Translations under genes and position numbers: made by a program
Origin: an uncultured Nitrospiraceae bacterium
GTDB lineage: Bacteria > Nitrospirota > Thermodesulfovibrionia > Thermodesulfovibrionales > Dissulfurispiraceae
Direction of reading: 5' to 3'
DNA length: 64,000 nucleotides
Assembly: GCA_963705105.1 (NCBI GenBank)
Contig: CAVPIW010000006.1
Coordinates: 224,001 to 288,000, forward strand
Shown here: piece after piece, positions 11,080-20,207 of the stretch
Position numbering within the stretch: the first letter of the stretch is position 1
Layout of the letters: each line of letters begins with the position of its first letter
Notes under the pieces: model-generated
The model's input: only the letters and a program-made list of their open reading frames with translations
Database searches by the model: none
Told to the model about the DNA's origin: nothing

Positions 11080-12362
11080 CAGCGCCGGAGGATTGTGATG
11101 TGCGTCGCGCAGGAGATGCAGGGGTCATAGCTCCGGATGACCTGTTCGCATCCCCTCTTGATGAAGTCCGCCGGCTTGTCGATATGCCGCCTGACAAAAA
11201 GTGCGACATCCTCCTCGATCATGGCGAGGTTCTGCGATGTCGGGGGTATGAGGGTGCAGCACTGCACCCGTCCGTGGTCGTCGGTCTCGTAACGGTGGAT
11301 GAGGATCCCCCTGGGCGCCTCGGTGATCCAGACAGCCTCGCCGGCTTTCGGTTCCACAGGGACCGCCGCAGTCTCCGCTTCCTTGTAACCCCTGATGACC
11401 CTGGCCGCTTCTCCGATCGCATATGTCATCTCGATGATCCGGGCAACCATCGCAGCTTGAATATGTCTCAGTGGTACGGTGACGCCGGCACCTGCCATTG
11501 CGTCCCTGATCCTCCCGGGCAGCCTGTCCGCATTGTTGTTCAGCCTTGAAAGAGGTCCCACAAGATAGGGGTTGACGGAGGACTCCCGCTTAATCCCGCT
11601 GTGCAGGGCCGTCGAGTAGGGCTGCTGATACTCCTGCACGAGATCGAAGAACCGCTCCATGGGCTCGTCCAGTCCCCTGTCAGAAAAGACGACGCCCTCG
11701 CTCATGGGATACTCGTCGGGATGTCGGAGGGAGACGCTTTCCACGTCGCGCCTTTCTCCGTCGGCAGCGAGTCTCGCTGCCCACCCGATTTCCCCGATGG
11801 CGACAGTATAGAGGCGCTCAAGCTCCGGCAGGAGCGGACGGAGATCGTCCGGGGCCGGCAGGCGGGAGAACCCTCCGACGCGTGGCGTCACCGGGTGCAC
11901 CGGCCGTCCCCCGAGGACCCTGACGATGCGATCGCCGATCGCCTTAAATGATAGTCCCCTCACCATGATTTCCCTGTATTCCCGGTTTGCCCAGGCGCTT
12001 TCGAGCCCGTAGAAATCGGGACCCTGGAGCAGGTACGCATGGAGGGCATGGCTCGCGATCCACTCCCCGCAGTACAGGAGACGCCTGAGGTCTCGGACCC
12101 CGGGGCTCACGGAGACGCCGAATATCTTTTCCAGCGCGTGCACCGAGGACATCTGGTAGGCGATGGGGCAGATGCCGCAGATGCGCGCCGTGAAATCAGG
12201 CACGTCGGTGTACGGTCGTCCCCTGAGAAAGGCCTCGAAGAACCGCGGCGCTTCGAAGATGTTGAGGTGCACCGAGGCGATCGTTCCATCCCTGATGTCG
12301 ACGGTTATCCCGCCCTCTCCCTCAACCCTGGAGAGATAGTCAATCGAAATTTTACGTGTCAT
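11079..12362 (-). CDS. hydA: Group 3b NiFe hydrogenase large (alpha) subunit
   Basis: RVEGEG, L1 RICGICPIAY, EAPRG, PPTSQN, L2 YDPCISCATH. Confidence 0.93.
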   Translation of the reverse strand: MTRKISIDYLSRVEGEGGITVDIRDGTIASVHLNIFEAPRFFEAFLRGRPYTDVPDFTARICGICPIAYQMSSVHALEKIFGVSVSPGVRDLRRLLYCGEWIASHALHAYLLQGPDFYGLESAWANREYREIMVRGLSFKAIGDRIVRVLGGRPVHPVTPRVGGFSRLPAPDDLRPLLPELERLYTVAIGEIGWAARLAADGERRDVESVSLRHPDEYPMSEGVVFSDRGLDEPMERFFDLVQEYQQPYSTALHSGIKRESSVNPYLVGPLSRLNNNADRLPGRIRDAMAGAGVTVPLRHIQAAMVARIIEMTYAIGEAARVIRGYKEAETAAVPVEPKAGEAVWITEAPRGILIHRYETDDHGRVQCCTLIPPTSQNLAMIEEDVALFVRRHIDKPADFIKRGCEQVIRSYDPCISCATHITILRR

Positions 12363-12375
12363 TTGACCTCGGTGT

Positions 12376-13140
12376 TCAATGCAGGCCCTCAATCCTGGCT
12401 TTCCTGAAGGCCAGCGTGTTCATGGCATCGATGCGCTCCATGCATTCCCTGTCGGTGAGACCGAGCTGCCCGAACTGCCGGAACAGCGCCTCTATGTTCG
12501 CCCCCTCGCGGGGACCGAAACAGCCGTAGCAGGGCCGCAGAAGGGAAGGGCAGAGGACGCCGCAGCCCGCCCGCGTCACAGGGCCGAGACAGGGTTCCCC
12601 TTTCGACACGAGGATGCAGGGTATCCCTTCCCGTTTGCATTCCATGCAGAGGCTGTACCCCGGGATGCCCGGCCTCCTGCCGAGGAGCAGGGAGACGAGC
12701 GTCTCGGTAAGGGCGGCGGTGTTGATGGGGCAGCCCCAGAGTTCATAGTCCACAGGGACGTGGTCGGAAACGGGCGTCGATGTCGGCAGGGAGCGGACCA
12801 CGTCCGGCGTGGGGTAGACCCTCTGTTTGTACGCAGTCAGGTTGGCCCAGTTTCTGAGGGCCTGGAGACCTCCCGAGGTGGCGCAGGCGCCTATGGTGAT
12901 GAGGGAGTGAGCGCGTTCCCTGATCTCGGCGATTTCTCCCCTCTGGTCCTCCGTCGATACCGATCCTTCGACAAGGGCGATGTCGAAATGTCCCCGGAGC
13001 GGCCGGGCCGTCGCCTCGCGGAAGTAGGCGATGTCGGCGAGGTTGAGCAGGGCGACGAGGTCCTCGCCGATGTTGAGGATCGACAACTGGCAGCCGTCGC
13101 AGGAGGTGAGCTTGAAGACGCCGACGCGGGGTTTCTTCAT
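12376..13140 (-). CDS. hydD: Group 3b NiFe hydrogenase small (delta) subunit
   Basis: SCDGCQ, VEGSV, GACATSGG, GCP, CMEC..C..CLGPVTRAGC..C..CYGC; start overlaps hydG stop. Confidence 0.92.
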   Translation of the reverse strand: MKKPRVGVFKLTSCDGCQLSILNIGEDLVALLNLADIAYFREATARPLRGHFDIALVEGSVSTEDQRGEIAEIRERAHSLITIGACATSGGLQALRNWANLTAYKQRVYPTPDVVRSLPTSTPVSDHVPVDYELWGCPINTAALTETLVSLLLGRRPGIPGYSLCMECKREGIPCILVSKGEPCLGPVTRAGCGVLCPSLLRPCYGCFGPREGANIEALFRQFGQLGLTDRECMERIDAMNTLAFRKARIEGLH

Positions 13141-13979
13141 CAGATCTCCTTCACCGCCAGAAAAGGCGCCACATCGGCGAACCGGAAGACAGGGCCGTCC
13201 TTGCAGACGAACTTGGGGCCGAAGAAGCAGTGGCCGCAGATGCCCATGCCGCAGTTCATCGTCCTTTCCATGGAGAGGAAGATCTTTTCTTCCGGTACCC
13301 CCCGTATCAGGAGGGCCTGCGCCGTCGCATCCATCATCACCTCGGGGCCGCAGAGGAAGGCGACGGTGTTGAGCGGGTTCATCGTTATCCGGTCGAGGAG
13401 AGTTGTGACGGTTCCGACAGAGCCCTTCCAAAAGACTTCCGGATCGGCCCTGTCGACGGTCAGGAGGGTTTCGAAGGCATCGCGGTAACGGGGGAGTTCG
13501 TCCCTGAAGATGACGTCTTTGGGTGTCCTCGCCCCGTACATAATACGGGGGATGCCGGCGGGCCTGAAAGTCGCTGTCCCCCGGAATATCTGCCTGATGA
13601 CGGACCGCAGGGGAGCAATGCCGAGTCCACCCGCCATGATGAGAAACTCCCGTCCCTCCAGTTCGTCCATGGGCCATCCCGTTCCAAAGGGGCCTCTCAG
13701 GCCGAGCACGTCGCCTGCGCGAAGCATCGAGAGGGCATTCGTCACGTCGCCGGCGATCCTGATCGTGTGCGTGAGGTCGTGGTCCGACGGCGCAGAGCTG
13801 ATCGAGATGGGCGCCTCGCCTATGCCGGGCAGGGAGAGCATATTGAACTGCCCCGGAGTGAACCGGTATTTTTTCGAAAACTCCCTGTCCCGCAGGGCCA
13901 GTGAGACCGTAAAGGTGTCCCTCGTCTCCCGGCGCACCCAGCGGACCTTCGCCTCTGTCGGCGTCGTCCTACCGGGCAT
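13140..13979 (-). CDS. hydG: Group 3b hydrogenase gamma subunit (FAD/NAD(P)-binding, 2Fe-2S)
   Basis: PGQFNML..GEAPISIS, RGPFG, AGGLGIAPLRS, CGPE, CGMGICGHC..CKDGP. Confidence 0.92.
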   Translation of the reverse strand: MPGRTTPTEAKVRWVRRETRDTFTVSLALRDREFSKKYRFTPGQFNMLSLPGIGEAPISISSAPSDHDLTHTIRIAGDVTNALSMLRAGDVLGLRGPFGTGWPMDELEGREFLIMAGGLGIAPLRSVIRQIFRGTATFRPAGIPRIMYGARTPKDVIFRDELPRYRDAFETLLTVDRADPEVFWKGSVGTVTTLLDRITMNPLNTVAFLCGPEVMMDATAQALLIRGVPEEKIFLSMERTMNCGMGICGHCFFGPKFVCKDGPVFRFADVAPFLAVKEI

Positions 13980-15075
13980 GGCTCAGGGCCTCCAGTTCCG
14001 CGGTGATGTCGATCCCGGCGGGGCACCAGGTGATGCACCGGCCGCATCCGACGCACCCGGGCAGATCGAACTGCTCGAGGGCGTAGGCGAGCTTGTGGGC
14101 CATCCAGTGACGGTACCGTGCCCGCCGTGAGACCCTGAAATTGCCGCCGTGGACGCGGGCGAAATTCCGGGAGAAGCAGGAGTCCCAGGTGCGGACATGG
14201 CTTCCCGAGATTTCGCCGCCTCCCGATACCCCCCGGAGGCCGACGCTGTCATAAGCGGTCGAACAGAAGCAGGTCGGGCAGACCTGCGTGCAGTTGCCGC
14301 ACTCGAGGTCCCGTGTGGCGATCTCCGCCCACCGGGGATGGTCGAGATTCCTGTATATGAGCTGAGGAAGTTCCCGAAAGGGGATGGATTTGCCGATGAG
14401 GGACCGGCACTTTTCGACGACTTTTATCTTCTCGTCCAGGTCGCTCCCGGAGGCCCGCGCCGGTGAGAGCGATGCCGTGATCTCGTCACCCTTCCGGCTC
14501 CCCGTCTCGATGAGGAGGCGGTCGTCCAGCTCCGTGATGAGGATGTCGAACCCGCCGGTCACCTCCGGCCCCGTGCCGATGGACGAACAGAAACAGTTGT
14601 CGCCCGGGTAGACACAGTTGAGGGCGATGAGAAACATCGTGTCACGGCGTTCCGCATAATCGGCGATTTTGACGGGTCCCCCGAGAAAGACCTTGTCATA
14701 GAGCCTAAGGGCGGCCCTGTCGCAGGCGCGCATCCCGAAAAGGGCGATCGGCTTTTCTTCAGGCATGGGGACGTCGACGGTCAGTCTTTTCGCAGACCTC
14801 CGGAACCGGTAGAGTTCCGTCGCCGGGGGATTCAGGAACCGCTTGAAGGAATCGGGGCCGTTTGAAAAGGAGAACATGCGGGGATCCCGCTCATCAAGGA
14901 GCCTGTACCGTCCCGGCCCCTGCCGCTCCCTGAGGCCCACCGGCAGGTCCCCGGCGCCGATCTCGTCAAGGACAATAGCACCGTCCCGCACCTTGGGTCC
15001 GATGACACGATATGATCCGCTCAATGCCTCAAAGAGCGCAGGGAGTGAGTCTTTCGTGATCGTCCACGCGGTCAT
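13969..15075 (-). CDS. hydB: Group 3b hydrogenase beta subunit (4Fe-4S dicluster, AsrA/HydB-like)
   Basis: GMRACD, CFC, CGNCTQVCPTCFC, WDSC, CVGCGRCITWCP. Confidence 0.92.
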   Translation of the reverse strand: MTAWTITKDSLPALFEALSGSYRVIGPKVRDGAIVLDEIGAGDLPVGLRERQGPGRYRLLDERDPRMFSFSNGPDSFKRFLNPPATELYRFRRSAKRLTVDVPMPEEKPIALFGMRACDRAALRLYDKVFLGGPVKIADYAERRDTMFLIALNCVYPGDNCFCSSIGTGPEVTGGFDILITELDDRLLIETGSRKGDEITASLSPARASGSDLDEKIKVVEKCRSLIGKSIPFRELPQLIYRNLDHPRWAEIATRDLECGNCTQVCPTCFCSTAYDSVGLRGVSGGGEISGSHVRTWDSCFSRNFARVHGGNFRVSRRARYRHWMAHKLAYALEQFDLPGCVGCGRCITWCPAGIDITAELEALSHAR

Positions 15076-15081
15076 CGCTGT

Positions 15082-15101
15082 CTCCTCGACACATTATATC
15101 A
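15082..15101 (-). promoter_or_regulatory. Extended -10 promoter and RBS of the hyd operon
   Basis: Minus strand TGATATAAT (15101-15093) then GAGGAG upstream of ATG 15075. Confidence 0.6.
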
Positions 15102-15716
15102 CGGAAAATTCCAGTTCAAAACAGTTTTGTTTATAGCCCGGCAATTACATAGGCGAACTCCTTCAAGCATCGTCATTCCGGCTTGAGTATTGTACAATGC
15201 AGCCCGAGATGAAATAAACATTGTGAAATCTCATCCAAGAGAAAGCCTGCATGGCGAAACGTCCTGACTCAATTTGGAATAACTCTTTTGTGGCAGACTA
15301 ATAATGGCATAAAGCACGGACGGGATATAGCCCCCGGGGAACTCTTCGCTGAGCGGCGCTATTTCGGCCAAGTCCTGCGATAGGCGGAAGTGCTGTCCGA
15401 GGTGTGGGCGGCGGCATAATGGCGGGACAGAAAAACGGCAAGATATCAAGACTTTGCCCGGGCGACGCTGCCCTATATTGCAAGTTTCCCTATCGCCTTA
15501 GCAGGATTTTGGCTGGGCTCAATAGTCGGCTTTCTGAAAAGAAGGCAAAACAAATAAAGACCCTCGACTCCGCCTAACTAACGGATATCAACAAAAGGAC
15601 ATCGAGTGGGGAATAAACAAATCTGAACATTGGGAGGTTTAAAAGACGGTGAAAAGGTGGTATCGCTAAGAGAAATTTGTTAAACTAAATCCGAGAGATA
15701 AGAAGGAGCTGCAACG

Positions 15717-15917
15717 ATGAGTAAAATAGAAAAAATTGAAAAAGAAGTTCAGGGGTTAAAGCCGGAGGAACTTGAGGCTTTTCGAAAATGGTTCTGGGAT
15801 TTTGATGCAGAGGCATGGGATCGGCAATTTGAAAAAGATGCGCTGTCGGGGAAACTCGATGCGGTGGCCGAAGCTGCACTCAAGTCATATAAATCTGGAA
15901 CCTGTTCACAAATTTGA
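15717..15917 (+). CDS. Putative antitoxin
   Basis: 66 aa, WDRQFEKDALSGKLD motif typical of partners of ParE-like toxins; AAGGAG RBS; stop overlaps next start. Confidence 0.7.
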   Translation: MSKIEKIEKEVQGLKPEELEAFRKWFWDFDAEAWDRQFEKDALSGKLDAVAEAALKSYKSGTCSQI

Positions 15918-16168
15918 AGCATTTCGCCTCACCGGAGTTTTGGGAACTTTATAGGGTATTGCCGCAACATGTCCAAGCTCTCGCCGACAAGAATTATTCG
16001 CTGCTGAAGAATAATCTTTATTATCCGTCTCTACACCTCAAGAAAGCTGGCCGTTATTGGTCTGTCAGAGTTGGCTATCATCACCGCGCAGTTGCTGTTG
16101 AGGTGCCAGATGGGCTGCTTTGGTTTTGGATTGGCAGCCATGAAGATTACAATAAGCTGATGGGTTAA
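15914..16168 (+). CDS. RelE/ParE-superfamily toxin-like protein (TTG start)
   Basis: 84 aa, FWELY..LP, PSLHLKK..YWSVRVG..HRA, WFWIGSHEDY. Confidence 0.78.
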   Translation: MKHFASPEFWELYRVLPQHVQALADKNYSLLKNNLYYPSLHLKKAGRYWSVRVGYHHRAVAVEVPDGLLWFWIGSHEDYNKLMG

Positions 16169-16220
16169 CAAATCACTCGTGCCGATTCGCTTCGCTCTCG
16201 GCACAGTTCAGACGTTATGC
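16163..16220 (+). other. attC recombination site (59-base element)
   Basis: R'' GGTTAAC, 5-nt spacer, L'' ACTCGTGC, stem-loop, L' GCACAGT, 6-nt spacer, R' GTTATGC; one extra base in L''. Confidence 0.88.
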
Positions 16221-16335
16221 TCCGCCAAACCTGACAGATCTGCGCGATAGGCCCCTGCAAGAGTTCTTCTGGAAAGTATGCGCCAAAGATGACCACGGTT
16301 ATGCGACTTGTGGCTGAAGTCCTTTTATTCTTACG

Positions 16336-17145
16336 TCAGTGCTTGTGAATGAAATAGTGCGAGTGGAGGTGGGCGTGGCAGTCATCGCCGTGCCTGTGCG
16401 CATGCTCATGGATCAGGTTGACGCGGAGGAGCAGCTCCTCGTCGTGGAGGATTTCCTGGGACGTCCCGATCTTCTCGACCCTGTGGTCCTCCGACAGGAC
16501 GGCCACGCGGGCATGGAGTTCGTCGACGAGGCCGAGGTCGTGCGATGCGATGACGATAGTCTTGCCCGCCTCGTTGAGGGCGAAGATAAGCTCCACGAGG
16601 AAGCACTGCGTTCTTGGGTCGAGGCCGTTCGTCGGCTCATCGAGGAGCAGGACATCGGGGTTCATTGTGAGGACGGAGCCGAGGGCGACCCTCTTCTTCT
16701 CCCCGCCCGAGAGCATGTACGACGGCCTGTCCTTCAGTTTTTCGATGCCGAGCATCTCCATGACCGAATGCGCCCTGTCGAGGGCCTCCTTCTCGCCCAG
16801 GCCGATCTGCACGGGACCGAAAAGGAGCTCATCAAGCACGGTCGGCGAGAAGAGCTGGACGTCCGAGTCCTGGAAGATATACCCCACGCACTGGCGGAAA
16901 AAGCGGGTGAATTCGCGGTCCTTCAGTGACTGCTCCGAGACTTCCCTCCCCCTGAACCGGACCGACCCGCTTGAAGGATAGATCAGGCCGCTCATGATCT
17001 GCAGGAGCGTCGACTTTCCGCTCCCGTTGGACCCGATGATGGCGCACCTTTCCCCTTCGCCGACGGAGAGGCTCACGTCGGAAAGCGCAGTGATGCGGTC
17101 AAAATAGCGGTATGTGACCCTGTCGATTTCGAAAACGCCGTCCAA
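16336..17145 (-). CDS. cbiO: ECF transporter ATPase (CbiO/NikO) with His-rich tail
   Basis: GSNGSGKST, FQDSDVQLF, LSGGEKKR, LDEPT; C-terminal HEHAHRHGDDCHAHLHSH. Confidence 0.92.
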   Translation of the reverse strand: MDGVFEIDRVTYRYFDRITALSDVSLSVGEGERCAIIGSNGSGKSTLLQIMSGLIYPSSGSVRFRGREVSEQSLKDREFTRFFRQCVGYIFQDSDVQLFSPTVLDELLFGPVQIGLGEKEALDRAHSVMEMLGIEKLKDRPSYMLSGGEKKRVALGSVLTMNPDVLLLDEPTNGLDPRTQCFLVELIFALNEAGKTIVIASHDLGLVDELHARVAVLSEDHRVEKIGTSQEILHDEELLLRVNLIHEHAHRHGDDCHAHLHSHYFIHKH

Positions 17146-17153
17146 GCCGTTCC

Positions 17154-18083
17154 TCAGAGGATGATCAGGATGATGCCCGAGGAGAGAAAGAGCAGCCCTG
17201 CGACCCAGTCGAGGCTGCTCAATTTCCTGAACGCATATACCTCAATGGTACCAGAAAAACCCCTGCCCTGCATAGCCTTGTAGACCTCCTCGAACCTCAT
17301 CTGGCTTTTCCGGAACAGGAAGGCCATTCTCCCCGCCAGCCAGCGCCTCATCTCGGCCCCGCTGACCGAGCCGGCCATCCTGCTCTTCTTTGCCAGGTGG
17401 ATGTCCTCGATCGTCCTGGCGAAGGTCAGCATGTACTTGTAGGTCAGGGTGATGATGAGCAGCACCGTATCGGGCACCCTGTATGTCTTCAGGGCCTTTA
17501 TGATGTCCGTGAAGGGGGTGGTGAAGAGGAGCAGAAAGGTCAGGGTCAGGGAATTGAGCACCCTGAGGGTAAGGAGGAGGAGGCCCGTGAGGCCTTCCAT
17601 CGTGAAGCCGACCGTCGCGGGTATGCGGTAGATGAGGAACTGCCGCTCACCGGAGAATCGCAGGAGAGGGACGATGACATCACCGCCGGAGAAGATGTTC
17701 AGAGCCGACGGCAGGGCGATGAGAAAGCCGAAGAAGAAGCCGATCACCAGCACCCGGCGGTAGAAAGCGAGAAGGCTTATACGGGAGAGGGCCACACAGG
17801 CGAAGAGCATGGCCGCGATACATAACTCGGGCAGGGTGCTCTCCTTGATGCTCACGATGACGATGAAGAAGATCAGGAAAAAGACCTTGACCCTCGGGTC
17901 GAGCCGCTGAAAGAGGCCGTTACGGGAGGCAAGGTCCCACTGGACATAGGATGACTTGATGATGCCGGATATATGCCCGATGGCCCTGTCGATGAAAGGA
18001 GCGGACAGGCCGCCCCTGGGAATTGACTGCTGCGGCAATGAGGACGGCCTGTCGAGGAGAAAGGGAGGGATTGTATTCTTCAC
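17154..18083 (-). CDS. cbiQ: ECF transporter T component (CbiQ/NikQ)
   Basis: LDPRVK, TTPF..I..AL, AKKSR and AMQGRGF motifs. Confidence 0.9.
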   Translation of the reverse strand: MKNTIPPFLLDRPSSLPQQSIPRGGLSAPFIDRAIGHISGIIKSSYVQWDLASRNGLFQRLDPRVKVFFLIFFIVIVSIKESTLPELCIAAMLFACVALSRISLLAFYRRVLVIGFFFGFLIALPSALNIFSGGDVIVPLLRFSGERQFLIYRIPATVGFTMEGLTGLLLLTLRVLNSLTLTFLLLFTTPFTDIIKALKTYRVPDTVLLIITLTYKYMLTFARTIEDIHLAKKSRMAGSVSGAEMRRWLAGRMAFLFRKSQMRFEEVYKAMQGRGFSGTIEVYAFRKLSSLDWVAGLLFLSSGIILIIL

Positions 18084-18091
18084 TGTAGACT

Positions 18092-18479
18092 CCCTATCGC
18101 GAATAGCGCCTCCGGAAAGGCGGGGCGAAGCGCTCTGAAAAACAGTGACAGTGTGAGTGTCAGTGTCGGTGTCACTACCGCTGCCGGCCGGGAAGGCAAA
18201 TATGGTTCAAAGCCTTTCCAATGCGATGATGAGACTTTTCCATGTGTTCAGCCTCTGTTGCCTGACGGGCACTTGGTATCGATCGACACGGCAAAGTGTG
18301 GTCCGGGGATGAACAAGGTATCTTAGCGGAAAGGCTTTTCACCACATCAGCCTTCCCGTCGGTACGATTGTCGTCCCGTTTCCGTCTTTGCATGCTGTCT
18401 ATTGTCTACCGTATTCCGTCTACTGTTTTTACATGGCGCATACACCCCGCCTTCCGGAAGGGAATATGCAACGATGATA
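18092..18479. repeat. Nested repeat mosaic inside the Ni operon (A end-hexamers-family B-heptamers-inverted A end)
   Basis: Matches to the 2621-2762 and 56647-56816 sequences; 18436-18475 is an inverted family A left end. Confidence 0.8.
18189..18358 (+). mobile_element. MITE-like family B, full 170-bp copy
   Basis: About 31-bp imperfect terminal inverted repeats CGGGAAGGC...GCCTTCCCG; colinear with 56647-56816. Confidence 0.8.
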
Positions 18480-18503
18480 TTCATGCAGAGATGCTGCACC
18501 TTC

Positions 18504-19490
18504 TCAGAAAAAGAAGGAGAGGGTGACGATGGCGCGGTACTTTTCGAGTCCCTCGGCCCCCTGCTGCTCGTCTTTCTCGTTGAGGTCCTTCCAGACCGGG
18601 AATTTCATCATGACGCCCAGGTTGGCGTTGCCCAATTTGGGAAAGGAGAACCGCAGACCCGGCGAGGCGTAGAGAATAGTTCCCCCCGTGGCGCGCTGCG
18701 TGTCCCCTCCCTCTTCATCCCTCGCGACATTCAGGAGGTTCAGCTCGGCGACGCCGTCGATCTCGGCAAGGAAATTCTCGGGCTTCGAGAAAAAGACATA
18801 CACACCGGCGAGGTTCAGCCGCCATTCGTTGCCGAACTTGAAGTTGTCTTTTTTCGTGAAGATGTCATAGGATGTGTCGGCGACGAGGGTGAGGCCGTCT
18901 GCCACCATCTTCGCCGCCGAGAGCCCGAAAGTCATCGTCGGGCTGCCGAAGCCCGGCTGCATGCCCCGGTCCAGTTCCCCGCCCAGCTCTGTCTCGTGGT
19001 CTCCCGTGGGAATGGTGAAGCCGGCGCTGAAGCCGATGAAGGTCTTTCTCGTTCCCTCCATCGATGTCGTCGTGTCCTCGGCCGTGTTCAGGCCCAGCCC
19101 TTTGGACGGGTCGTAATTGAAGCCCAGGTTGAAAAGGAACTTGATATCTCCGATCCCTTCCGTCTGTCCGAGCGTGTCCTGGCGCTTGATGTTGTACGGG
19201 AAAAAGATGCTCCCCGTGAGATATGGGGTGATGCCGTGAGAGAGACTCAGGTTGAAGAACGAGAAGGCATCCTTGTTTTCCGGCTCGGCGAAATCGTATT
19301 TCTTCCACTCCACCTGCTCGAACCGTGCGCCGAGGACCCACGCGCCCTGGGGCAGGGTCAGCGGCGAATTCGACTCGATGGGGCTGCCGGGACCAAAGGC
19401 GAGGCTCACCCCGCCATGGTGGGCCTGCGCAGCACAGGGAACGATGATGATTACAATCATGCATGCGAAGACAAAGCGTTTCATTGACAT
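18504..19490 (-). CDS. Putative outer-membrane beta-barrel 'transporter' (SphA/MetA-pathway-like) of the Ni operon
   Basis: Signal peptide AQA-HHGG, GIGDI, IPTGD..QPGFGS, alternating beta strands, terminal Phe; AGGAGG RBS. Confidence 0.7.
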   Translation of the reverse strand: MSMKRFVFACMIVIIIVPCAAQAHHGGVSLAFGPGSPIESNSPLTLPQGAWVLGARFEQVEWKKYDFAEPENKDAFSFFNLSLSHGITPYLTGSIFFPYNIKRQDTLGQTEGIGDIKFLFNLGFNYDPSKGLGLNTAEDTTTSMEGTRKTFIGFSAGFTIPTGDHETELGGELDRGMQPGFGSPTMTFGLSAAKMVADGLTLVADTSYDIFTKKDNFKFGNEWRLNLAGVYVFFSKPENFLAEIDGVAELNLLNVARDEEGGDTQRATGGTILYASPGLRFSFPKLGNANLGVMMKFPVWKDLNEKDEQQGAEGLEKYRAIVTLSFFF

Positions 19491-19494
19491 GGAT

Positions 19495-19995
19495 CTATCC
19501 TCCTTTTGTGTTGTTTTCCGTCGTTGCCGGTCCGCCTTCATGGCGTTCCCTGCGCCTCGACTTCAGGAGGGCATAGATTCCGAAAATACCGATGATCAGG
19601 CTCACCCCGGTGATCAGTTTCGTCGATTGGGCGACGAGGGGCTTGCTGAACGATTCGAGGTTGAGACCCTTGTCGACGTTCACATCGATGGTGACGCCGT
19701 GGAAGCCGTGCGTCGATTCGCCGAGCACTTTGACCTTCCAGGCGCCGGCACGGTCAGGGAAGAAGGAGACATAGCCGTTCTTGTCGGTCCTCCCCGTCTG
19801 GTGCGGCACGGTGTCACCGGGTCCGTAGAGTTCATACTCGGAGTAACTCGCAGCGTCCCGGGCGCTGTAATAGATCCTCACCGAGAATCCCTGCTGCTGC
19901 ACGTCGTAGTGGATGCCGTGTCCCGCTGCAGGCTGAGGAAAGAGAATTGCCCAACCGATCAGGACGAAAATCAGCGCGACAACTGTTGCCTTCAT
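19495..19995 (-). CDS. Periplasmic, C-terminally anchored accessory Ni-transport protein (NikL/CbiL-like)
   Basis: Signal peptide AAG-HG, GRTDKNGYVSFFPD..GAWKV, HGFHG, C-terminal TM. Confidence 0.7.
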   Translation of the reverse strand: MKATVVALIFVLIGWAILFPQPAAGHGIHYDVQQQGFSVRIYYSARDAASYSEYELYGPGDTVPHQTGRTDKNGYVSFFPDRAGAWKVKVLGESTHGFHGVTIDVNVDKGLNLESFSKPLVAQSTKLITGVSLIIGIFGIYALLKSRRRERHEGGPATTENNTKGG

Positions 19996-20206
19996 CGTAC
20001 TGCTGCAATACACTGTCGGAAAGGCGGGGTGTCTGCGCCGAAAACCTTGGTGCGGCGACTCCTTCACTGTCACGGAAGACGACGATTTAAGCCGATGGTC
20101 GACGAAACAGAGTGTGGATTTCTGAAACACGAAGCTGACAATGCGTATCGTCGCCTTCAGCAAGGAATTGAGGCGCTTCGCCCCGGCTTTCCATGCAGGC
20201 GTACCG
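19995..20206 (+). mobile_element. MITE family A copy with TTCA target duplication
   Basis: Colinear with 52214-52431; TTCA at 19991-19994 and 20207-20210. Confidence 0.85.
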
Positions 20207-20207
20207 T

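Larger units (their letters stand above)
15680..16214 (+). mobile_element. Integron-type gene cassette carrying a toxin-antitoxin pair
   Basis: Core site G^TTAAAC at 15679, two ORFs, attC beginning on the last stop codon; AT-richer than flanks. Confidence 0.8.

Noticed and set aside
11079..11110. Hydrogenase large subunit lacking a cleavable C-terminal extension
   Set aside because: Six residues follow the L2 His, in line with the short extensions of group 3b enzymes
15231..15483. Integrase remnant upstream of the cassette
   Set aside because: The short ORFs show no tyrosine-recombinase motifs
19996..20204. CGTAC 5-bp direct repeat as the target duplication
   Set aside because: Alignment with other copies places both CGTAC inside the element termini; TTCA fits the family pattern
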